Part shown: piece by piece, positions 29,467 to 38,387 of the stretch | Position numbering within the stretch: the stretch's first letter is position 1 | Layout: the number at the start of each line of letters is the position of its first letter | Assembly: GCA_963793985.1 (NCBI GenBank) | Contig: CAWCCG010000008.1 | Coordinates: 25,707 to 89,706 of the forward strand | Reading direction: 5' to 3' | Source of the DNA: an uncultured Alphaproteobacteria bacterium | Lineage (GTDB): Bacteria; Pseudomonadota; Alphaproteobacteria; Rhizobiales; Xanthobacteraceae | DNA length: 64,000 bases | Program-made: the position numbers and the translations under genes | The notes under the pieces: generated by a model | What the model was told of the DNA's origin: nothing | What the model saw: only the letters and a program-made list of their open reading frames with translations | Databases searched by the model: none

Positions 29467-29948
29467 TCAGACGGTCCAGGTGTGGAGCATGAAGGCATTG
29501 TCCTTGCGGTGCAGGAGGATGAGGTCGAGCACGTCGAGCGGATTGATCGGACGAATGCCCGGAATGAGCGACGGCTCGCCATGCCCGTACAGCGCCTGCA
29601 GCGCAAAGCGACAGGCATAGACCTTGCCACCCTCGCCCATGAACTTGGTCAGCTGGTTGTTGAAGTTCTGATGACCGGGAAATGCTTCGTCGCCGAGTTT
29701 CGGGAAGCCGCGCTGGACGCCGAGCGTCACGCCCGGACCGTAGAGCAGCACCGAGGTCTCGAAGCCCTTGCGCTGCAGGCGAGTGCCTGCAGCATGTTGA
29801 CGAGGCCGATCGATCCTTCGAAGGCGACGGTGTGGAAGGTGACGAGCGCCTTTTCGCCCGGTGCGGCCTTTACGTCCTCGAAGACCTTCTCTTCGTAGTC
29901 GACCAGGAAATCACCTTTCTGGTGAGCAGGCGCGGTCACGGCAGGCAT
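29467..29948 (-). pseudogene. MSMEG_0572/Sll0783-family nitrogen-starvation response protein (Nit1C Hp1), one frame change
   Basis: The ATG at 29948 lies 5 nt after [61 protein letters not shown], a shift near 29770, then [55 protein letters not shown]. Confidence 0.7.
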
Positions 29949-30032
29949 GTTGTCCTCCTAGCGGGCTAGCGGGGGCGTGAGAGATCGATCCTTCGATCGC
30001 GACTTCGATCGCGACTTGGCGCTCGGAGATTT

Positions 30033-30049
30033 TGCAAAGGCCATGCCAA
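30033..30049 (-). promoter_or_regulatory. Sigma-54 (RpoN) -24/-12 promoter candidate for the Nit1C operon
   Basis: The minus strand reads TTGGCATGGCCTTTGCA. That is TGGCAT-N5-TTGCA against the consensus TGGCAC-N5-TTGCW. It lies about 85 nt upstream of the first ATG at 29948. Confidence 0.55.
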
Positions 30050-30365
30050 TGGATGGAATGCATATGCATTCATCATAACCATTCATTTTGCGATCAATTA
30101 TGCAGTCAATTGAAAATGGATTGCCGATTTCAGCGCCGCTCGCGTCGCCAGCGCGGCGACCAAAAAGGCACCGGAATGCTGCGGTTTTATGCAGTTTGTA
30201 CGGGTTGACTCGCACTGAAACGGCGCGACAGAATTGCTTCCCTCGAACGCGATTTCCTCTCGAAATCGACCGCGCAGCAATATACAGTCAATCGCAGTTT
30301 CGTTCCCGGTTGACCGGGCCGCGCATTCTCGAAATGCCGACGTTCGGTCGGAGCACGCTCGATAC

Positions 30366-31749
30366 ATGCAGGACTGGACGCCGAACCTCGCCTCGAGCGA
30401 CAAGCCGCGCTATCTCGCCATCGCCGACGCCATCGCCGACGACATTCGCAGCGGCCGTCTCGCCGCTTCCGATCGCCTGCCGCCGCAGCGCAAGCTCGCG
30501 CGACGCCTCGACATCGATTTCACCACCGTCGCGCGCGGCTATCTCGAGGCGCAGAAGCGCGGCCTGATCGAATCCCATGTCGGGCGCGGCACCTTCGTGC
30601 GCAAATCGGCGCGGCGCGTTCACAGCTCCGATGGCGCGCCATCCGGAGATCGTCGACCTCTCGATGAACCTGCCGCCGGAGCCCGACGATCCGGAGCTGC
30701 TCGACCGCATGCAGGACGGCCTCGAGGCGGTCGGACGCGATCTCGTCTCGCTGATGCGCTACCAGGGTTTCGGCGGCGTGCAGGCCGACAAGGACGCCGC
30801 TTCGAACTGGCTGAGCCGCCGCGCGCTGGTGCCGCCGCAGGATCGGCTGTTCATCGCGCCCGGCGCGCACTCCGCGCTGCTCGGCATCTTCGGCCTCGTC
30901 GCCAAATCCGGCGACGTGATCCTCTCGGAGGACCTCACCTATCCCGGCACCCGCTCGATCGCGGCGCAACTCGGCCTCAAGCTCGTCGGGCTGCCGATGG
31001 ACGATGAAGGCATCGATGCCGACGCCTTTGCCGACGCGTGCGCGCGGCTCGCGCCCAAGGCCCTCTATCTCAATCCGACGCTGCTCAATCCGACGACGCA
31101 TACGATCTCGGAGCGGCGACGGATCGCCATCGCCGAGGTCGCCCGCCGGTTCGGCGTGCCGATCATCGAGGACGATCCCTACGGCTTTCTCCCCGTGGGC
31201 GGCCCGCCGCCGTTCGCGGCGGTCGCGCCGGAGCTCACCTGGCATGTCGCCGGGCTCGCCAAATGCCTCGGCGCCGGCCTGCGCGTCGCCTATGTGGTGG
31301 CGCCGGACGTGCGCTCCGGCTGGCTGTTCGCGGCCGCGGTCCGCACCGCGACGGTGATGGCCTCGCCGCTGACCGTCGCGCTGGCGACACGCTGGATCGC
31401 CGACGGCACCGGCGACGCGCTGCTCGCCGCGGTGCGCCGGGAATCGATCGAGCGCCAGCGCCTCGCCGCGGCGATCCTGCCGACGAGCGGCATCCGCACC
31501 GATCCGATCGGCTTTCATTTGTGGGTGTCGCTGCCGCCGCCATGGACGCGTTCCGCCTTCGTCGGCCACATGCGCTCGACCGGCATCGGCGTCGTCGCGA
31601 GCGACGCCTTCGCGACGCAGGGCACGCCGCCCGAGGCGGTGCGGGTCTGCCTCGGCGGTCCGCCCGACCGCGCCGCGGTGCGCAACGCGCTCGAATTCAT
31701 GGCGCACGCACTCGCGGAATCGCCGGCGATCGCATCGACGTTCCTCTGA
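30366..31749 (+). pseudogene. MocR-type GntR regulator with a PLP aminotransferase-like domain, one frame change
   Basis: wHTH: PRYLAIADAIADDIRSGRLAASDRLPPQRKLARRLDIDFTTVARGYLEAQKRGLIESHVGRGTFV. A shift near 30620 precedes the fold-type I domain: DLSMNLPPEP, IAPGAHSALLGIFGL, YLNPTLLNPTTHTIS, IIEDDPYGF, GLAKCLGAGLRVAY. Divergent from the Nit1C operon. Confidence 0.85.
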
Positions 31750-31854
31750 CGCCGAGCAGCCGCGTCTTCCTCACACTTCCGCCGCTATTTCCCGGAGTTC
31801 GTCTGTCGTGGCCCCGGCCGGGCAACGCTCGGTCACGTCCATCCGCGGGTTCCG

Positions 31855-33151
31855 ATGACCACAGACGTCAAGACTGCCGGCACCGAGGCGCCAGCCGCGG
31901 CACAGCAGCCGGAGCCGCCGGCAAAGGCCGAGCCGCCGAAGTTCTCCAGCCTATCAGATGTTCCTGGTGGCGCTGCTCGCCTTTCTGCAGTTCTCCATCA
32001 TCCTCGACTTCATGATCATCTCGCCGCTCGGCGCGATCATCATGCCGGACCTCGACATCACCCCGCAGCGGTTCGGCGAGATCGTGTCGGCCTATGCCTT
32101 CAGCGCCGGCGCCTCGAGCCTGCTCGCCGCCGGCTTCGCCGACCGCTTCGACCGCAAGAAGTTCCTGCTGTTCTTCTATTGCGGCTTCGTCATCGGCACC
32201 GCGCTGTGCGCGCTGGCGATCGAGCTATCCGCAGCTTCTGGTCGCGCGCGTGGTCACCGGCATCTTCGGCGGCGTGATCGGCTCGGTGGTTCTCGCGATC
32301 GTCACCGATCTGTTTCCGCTCGCGATGCGCGGACGCGTGATGGGCGTCGTGCAGACCGCGTTCTCGGCGAGCCAGGTGCTCGGCATCCCCGCCGGCATCT
32401 ACATCGCCAATCTCTGGAACTGGCACGTCACGTTCCTCGTGATCGTCCTCGTCGCGGTGCCGGTCGGCGTGATCATCGCGTTCTTCATGAAGCCGGTGGC
32501 GGGCCATCTCGCCCTGAAGCAGGAAGCGAGCCCCTGGCGGCATCTCACCGGCACCATCTTCGTGCCGCGATACGTGCTGTCCTTCGCCACCACGGCCCTG
32601 CTCGTCACCGGCGGCTACATGCTGATGCCGTTCGGCAGCGTGTTCACCGTGAACAACCTCGGCATCGCGCTCGCCGACCTGCCGACCATCTATCTCGTGT
32701 CGGGCGTCTTCACCATCTTCACCGGCCCCCTGGTCGGGCAGGCGCGGCGATGCGTTCGGCAAATTCCCGACCTTCGTTTTCGGCTGCGCGCTCACCATTC
32801 TGATGGTGCTCATCTACACGCACCTCGGCCGGGTGTCGCTGTTCACCGTCATCCTCGTCACCGTGCTGATGTTCGTCGGCATTTTTTCGCGCATGATCCC
32901 GTCGCAGGCGCTCATGTCCGCGATCCCCGAAATCACCAAGCGCGGCTCGTTCAACGCGGTCGGCGCATCGGTGCAGCAATTCTCCGGCGGAATCGCCTCG
33001 GTGATCGCCGGGCTCATCGTCGCGCAGGGCCCGACGGGAGAGCTCCAGCGCTTCGACGTGTTGGGCTACATCGTCATCTCGACGACGCTTGGTGTCTCTC
33101 GTTCTGATGTACTTCATCAACAAGGTGGTGAACGAGGGCTCTCGCTCGTGA
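31855..33151 (+). pseudogene. MFS transporter, frameshifted
   Basis: FLVALLAFLQFSIILDFMIISPLGAIIMP, GFADRFDRKKFLL (MFS loop 2-3 motif), LVARVVTGIFGGVIGSVVLAIVTDLFP, then further helices in other frames. Frame changes near 31950, 32225 and 32745, plus a last one near 33090-33100. The stop is at 33149-33151 in the last frame. Confidence 0.75.
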
Positions 33152-33330
33152 GGGGCTGTAAAACTATCCTATGACCTCGTCCTGAGGAGCGGCTAAGCGA
33201 AGCGCGCGTCTCGAAGGACGGCCACGGGCCGCAGCGTGTTGCGGACATCCGAATCCCTTGAACGAAGACGCCGTCGCCTAAAGTGCCGCAGCTTCGTACA
33301 GGCGATCGATGTCAGTCTGATGAGCCCACA

Positions 33331-34166
33331 ATGAGTGATGACATCGCATCCCTCGTAGAAGGCTCCGAGCCTAGCAGGCACCGGCGAGACGCGCTGCTAC
33401 GTCCGCATGTGACGGTTCGCGGGCTCACCAAGCGGTTCGGCGCGAGCTTACGTCTACGACGGCTTCGATCTCGACATTCCCCGCGGCGAGCTCGTTTCGA
33501 TCTTCGGGCCGAACGGCTGCGGCAAGAGCACGCTGATCAACATGATCGCCGGGCTCGTGCCCGCCGATGCCGGCAAGGTGCTGTTCGACGGCAAGCCGAT
33601 CCGCGAAATCTCGTTCGGCTACGTGTTTCAGAACTACCGGGAAGCGCTGTTCCCGTGGCTGCGCGCGTTCGACAACATCGCAGTATCCGCTCCGATTCAG
33701 GAACATCGCGCCCCGCGAGCGGCGCGACCGCGTCGAGCGGCTGATCGCCCATCTCGGCGTCACCCTCGACTTCAATCGCTATCCTTACGAGCTCTCGGGC
33801 GGCCAGCAGCAGCTCGTGTCGATCATGCGCGCGCTCGTCGTCGAGCCGGAAATCCTGTTTCTCGACGAGCCGTTCTCGGCACTCGACTACGAGATGACGC
33901 TCTACATGCGCGAGCAGCTCCAGCGCATCTTCATGGAAAGCGGCACCACGACGCTCCTCGTCTCGCACGATCTCGAGGAGGCGGTGTTTCTCGCCGACCG
34001 CGTGCTGCTGCTCTCCCGCGGCCCGGCGCGGATCGCCGCCTATCCGTCCTACAAGGCGCCGCGACCGCGCACCGGTGCCACGCTGTCGGAGCCGGAGTTC
34101 GTGGCGCTGAAGTCGCACTGCCTCGAGATTTTCCAGCGCGAGGTGCGCGCGAAGCCGCAGCCGTGA
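33331..34166 (+). pseudogene. ABC transporter ATP-binding protein (NitT/TauT family), frameshifted
   Basis: Walker A (GPNGCGKSTL), Q-loop (VFQNYREALFPW), signature (LSGGQQQ), Walker B (ILFLDEPFSALD) and H-loop (LLVSHD). The N-terminal third is spread over three frames. No cognate permease is on this strand. Confidence 0.85.
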
Positions 34167-34200
34167 AGCGATCAGCGCACCTTGCGAGGAATCGCGAAGC

Positions 34201-34221
34201 GGGCGCCGGAAACCGGCGCCC
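34201..34221. terminator. Hairpin between convergent ABC genes
   Basis: Perfect GGGCGCCGG-AAA-CCGGCGCCC stem-loop between the stop at 34166 (+) and the stop at 34232 (-). There is no U-tract, so termination activity is uncertain. Confidence 0.45.
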
Positions 34222-34231
34222 GCCAAAAGCG

Positions 34232-35224
34232 TTACTTCATCGCGTCGTAGACCTTGTGCGTCCAGGCCCCGGTCGGCTTCTTGGTGATCACGGGATCGGA
34301 GCCGCCGGTGAGCAGCGTCGACACGGTGCGCTCGTAGTCCTGCGGGATCGAGCTTGCCGTCGCCGGTGGCGAGGAGCTTGGCGATCTCGCCCATCATGCG
34401 CTTCTGGTGCTTCTCGGTCTGGGCGCCGGTGGTGTCGGCGGCGAGCACGATCTTCGCCGCTTCGTCGGGGTTCTTGCGGGCGAAGTCCCAGCCCTTCATC
34501 GACGCCTTCACGAACTTCGCCATCTTGGCGACGAAGGCGGGATCGGAGAGCTTGCTCTCCATCACGTAGAGGCCGTCCTCCGAGCGTCGCCACGCCTTCG
34601 TCCTCGTACTTGAAGACGACGAGCTGCGAGGGCTTGTAGCCGCCGTCGATGACCTGCCAGTACTCGTTGTAGGTCATGGTCGAGATGCAGTCGGCCTGCT
34701 TCTGCAGCAGCGGATCGACGTTGAAGCCCTGCTTGAGCATCTTCACGCCGCCGGGCGAGCCGTCGGTCTTGATGTTGAGCTTCGACATCCACGACAGGAA
34801 CGGATACTCGTTGCCGGAGAACCAGACGCCGATCGTCTTGCCCTTGAGGTCGGCCGGCTTCTTGATGCCGGTGTCGGCGCGGCAGGTGAGCTCGAGGCCG
34901 GAGCGCTTGAACGGCTGGGAGATGTTGACGAGCGGCACGCCCTTTTCGCGCGACGCCAGCGCCGACGGCATCCAGTCGATGATGACGTCGGCGCCGCCGC
35001 CCGCGATCACCTGCGCCGGCGCGGTATCCGGGCCGCCGGGATTGATGGTGACGTCGAGCCCGGCGTCCTTGTAGTAGCCCTTGGCGGCGGCGACGTAGTA
35101 GCCGGCGAATTGCGCCTGGGTGACCCATTTGAGCTGGAGCGTGACCTTGTCGGCGGCGTGCGCCGCGGTCGCGAGCGGAGCCGCCGAGCAGCAGGCCCGC
35201 AGCGATTGCGAATGTTTTCTTCAT
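34232..35224 (-). pseudogene. ABC substrate-binding protein (NMT1/THI5-like, NitT/TauT family), frameshifted
   Basis: Signal MKKTFAIAAGLLLGGSA. Then ADKVTLQLKWVTQAQFAGYYVAAAKGYYKDAGLDVTINPGG, DVIIDWMPSALASREKG, LKGKTIGVWFSGNEYP, MESKLSDPAFVAKMAKFVKASMKGWDFARKNPDEAAKIV and a tail ending YDAMK. At least 3 frame changes. Confidence 0.8.
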
Positions 35225-35253
35225 GTTGGTTCTCTCCAGCTGCGACCGCCGAG

Positions 35254-37301
35254 TCAGGTCCGATAGGACGGGTGCCAGAACGTCGTCGCACGCTCGGCGA
35301 GCGCGACGATGCCGTAGAAGGCCATGCCGGCAATCGCCGCCAGGGCGATCTCGGCCCACACCATGTCGAGTGACATTCTCGCCACTTCGATCGAGATGCG
35401 AAAGCCTATTCCCCGGGTCGGGGTGCCGAAGAATTCGGCAACGATGGCGCCGATCAGGGCGAGAGTCGAGTTGATCTTGAGGGCATTGAAGATGAACGGC
35501 ATGGCCGCCGGCAGGTTGAGCTTGGTGAGCGTCTGGGCGGGCGTCGCGCCATAGGAGCGCATGAGGTCGCGCTCGATGTGCCCGGCCGCGGACAAGGCCG
35601 GCGAGCGTGTTCACCAGCATCGGGAAGAACGTGATGATGGCGACCACGGCGGCCTTGGACGGCCAGTCGAAGCCGAACCACATCACCATGATCGGGGCGA
35701 TGCCGACGATCGGCAGCGCGGAGATGAAGTTTCCGATCGGCAGCAGGCCGCGGCCGAGGAAGGTGAAGCGGTAGGCGATGATCGCCACCAGGAACCCGGC
35801 GCCGCAGCCGATGACGTAGCCGGTCAGCATGCCGCGCACGAAGGTCTGCACGAAATCCTCGGCGAGCGTCGCGAGCGAGCCCGAGAACCGCGCGGCCGTC
35901 GCGCTCGGCGACGGCATCAGGACCGCGGGAACACCGAAGCCGCGCACGGCGACCTCCCAGAGATAGAACACGAAGCCGCCGAACAGCACGGGGATCGCGA
36001 GGTCGAGGCGCGGCGCAGGACCGCGTTCTGCGGCCTCGACCGCGGCAAGGCCGGTGACGACGAGGCTCGCGGCGAGCCAGCCCGCCAGCACCAGGGACCA
36101 GAAGCCGGAGCCGGCGTTCCCGGCGACACCGGGATCGCCGAGCAGCTGGACCGTGACGACACAGGTGAGGATGACGCCGGCGAACGCCAGCGGCACCGAG
36201 AACCCGAACGCCGCGGCCGCAAAGAGCACGGCAGCCGCGAGCGTCGCCACGAGCAGCGGCGGATGGTCGGCGAAGGCGATCGCGACGCCGAGCGGCAGCA
36301 CCAGGGCGGCGAGGGCCAGCAGCGCCGCGGCGAGATACCAGGGTTTCGCCGGACGCCTCACGGCTTCGCTCCCATCCACCGCGGCCGTCCATCGCTCGGC
36401 GAGGCTGATGATCCCGACGAGGACGGCCGCGAGGATCGCCGCGGCAAACAGCGCCGCCCAGATCTGCAGGGTCTGGCCGTAATAGGAGCCGGCGAGCAGC
36501 CGCGCGCCGATCCCGGCCTGCGCCCCGGTCGGCAGCTCCGCGACGATCGCCCCGATGAGCGAGATCGTGACCGCGACCTTGAGGCTCGCGAACAGGAACG
36601 GCACCGAGGCGGGCAGGCGCAGCTTCCACAGCACCTGGGAGGGCGTCGCCGACCAGGTGCGCATGAGGTCGCGCTGGATCGGGTCCGGCGAGGTCAGCCC
36701 CTTCACCATGCCGATCGCCACCGGAAAGAAGCACAGATAGGCCGAGATCAGCGATTTCGGCAGCAGCCCGCGCAGGCCGATGGAACCGAGCACCACGATG
36801 ATGATCGGCGCGACGGCGAGGATCGGCACCATCTGCGAGCAGATGATCCAGGGCATCAGGCTCTTTTCCAGCACGCGCACATGCACGATCGCGCACTGCG
36901 AGCACGATGCCGAGCGCGGTGCCGAGGAGAAAGCCGACGAAGGTCGCCGAGAGCGTGACCCAGCTGTGATAGAGGAGGCTGCGCGGCGAATCCGGCGGAT
37001 AGCCGAACACGAGATCGATGAACTGCAGCACGATCTGGTGCGGCGCCGGAACCAGCGGCCGCTCGGCATCGAGGGTGCCGGCGATGAGGTCGGCGAGCGT
37101 GTAGGCGGTCTCCTCGCGCTCGAAGGCATCGCGCACCAGGGCCATGTTCATCAGCACCGCCGCGACGTACCAGATGACGACGAGCACAGCCAAGACGACG
37201 AGGACCGGCGCGAGATCGGCGAGCCAGGACGGCGATCGCCAGCGCGGCGGCCCACCGGCTGGCGCATTGGCGCTCGTCACCGGCAGATCGCTACTCGTCA
37301 T
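35254..37301 (-). pseudogene. Fused two-domain ABC permease (NitT/TauT family), frameshifted
   Basis: Two BPD-type transmembrane domains lie in one reading frame with no stop between them. EAA-like loops are GLTSPDPIQRDLMRTWSATPSQVLWKLRLPASVP and AAGHIERDLMRSYGATPAQTLTKLNLPAAMP. About 100 hydrophobic residues link the two domains. Frame changes near 36900 and 35590. Confidence 0.75.
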
Positions 37302-38121
37302 AGGAATGCCCCGACCGCAGGCCCATGCGCACCCGCTGCGCGATCTTCAGGAACTCCGGGGTCTCGCGGATTTCGAGCGTGCGCTCGCGCGGGAAATCGC
37401 AGGGGATCACATCGATGATACGTCCCGGCCGCGGCGACATCACCACGATCCTGGTCGAGAGGAAAACCGCCTCCGGAATCGAGTGGGTGACGAACACCAC
37501 CGTCTTTCCGGTCTGGTTCCACAGCCGCAGCAGTTGCTCATTGAGGTGATCGCGCACGATCTCGTCGAGCGCGCCGAACGGCTCGTCCATCAGCAGCAGC
37601 GCCGGATCGAACGAGAGCGCGCGCGCGATCGAGGCGCGCTGCTGCATGCCGCCGGACAATTGCCAGGGAAACTTCCGCTCGAAGCCGGAGAGATTGACGA
37701 GCGCGAGATAGCGCGCCGCCCGCGCTCTCCGCTCCTCCGCCGAGTAGCCCATGATCTCGAGCGGCAGCATCACGTTGCGCTCGATGGTCCGCCACGGATA
37801 GAGCGCCGGGGCCTGGAACACGTAGCCGTAATGCCGCTTGAGCCGGGCTTCGTCGGGGGTCACGCCGTTGACGGCGATCGTCCCGGCGGTCGGCTGCTCG
37901 AGGTCGGCGATCACCCGCAGCAGCGTGGTCTTGCCGCACCCCGACGGCCCGATGAAGGAGACGAATTCGCCGGCGGCGATCTGCAGGTCGATCTTGGAGA
38001 GCGCCTGCACCTCGCCGTCCGCCGTCGCAAAGGTGAGCGAAACGCCTTTCGCGTCGACGGCGAGCGGCCATCGCTCGGCGGATTGCCTTGATTCTGTGCC
38101 GGAAGCCAACGATGTGTGCAT
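37291..38121 (-). CDS. ABC transporter ATP-binding protein (NitT/TauT family)
   Basis: Intact. Walker A (GPSGCGKTT), VFQAPALYPW, LSGGMQQR, LLLMDEPFGALD, VFVTHS. Overlaps the permease start by 11 nt. Confidence 0.9.
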   Translation of the reverse strand: MHTSLASGTESRQSAERWPLAVDAKGVSLTFATADGEVQALSKIDLQIAAGEFVSFIGPSGCGKTTLLRVIADLEQPTAGTIAVNGVTPDEARLKRHYGYVFQAPALYPWRTIERNVMLPLEIMGYSAEERRARAARYLALVNLSGFERKFPWQLSGGMQQRASIARALSFDPALLLMDEPFGALDEIVRDHLNEQLLRLWNQTGKTVVFVTHSIPEAVFLSTRIVVMSPRPGRIIDVIPCDFPRERTLEIRETPEFLKIAQRVRMGLRSGHSYDE

Positions 38122-38237
38122 CACCTGGTCGCGCGGACGAGTCCTTTCGGCACCGGCTGGTCGTCGGAAAGGCCATCTTGGGCGCAGCCCCGGCCGTTGA
38201 CAATATACGCCGCGTGCCGGTCCGACGTCGGCGCAGG

Positions 38238-38269
38238 ATTTGATCGGGCGGAGAGATTTGATCGGGCGG
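38238..38269. promoter_or_regulatory. Tandem direct repeat in a divergent promoter region (possible operator)
   Basis: ATTTGATCGGGCGG occurs twice with an 18-bp period (38238-38251 and 38256-38269). It lies between the ABC ATPase start (38121, -) and the XDH-family start (38388, +). Confidence 0.35.
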
Positions 38270-38387
38270 GAGCGGCGCGGATCCAGCCGCACGGCAGGCG
38301 CCGTGCCGGGCGACGCATGCACGGCGCGGCCACACTTCAGGCATTCCATGCTTGCAACGGCTCGGGACCTCGGGCGATATCAGGGCA

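Noticed and set aside
29991-30014. Short tandem repeats considered as a CRISPR or VNTR locus
   Set aside because: There are only two 12-bp units with no spacers. No repeat-spacer architecture and no cas genes occur anywhere in the window.
34562-37129. 855-aa ORF covering the permease and binding-protein genes
   Set aside because: It is chimeric. It reads the permease correctly for most of its length, but it then continues out of frame across the binding-protein gene (an Arg-rich stretch after MKKTFAIAAGLLLGGSA).
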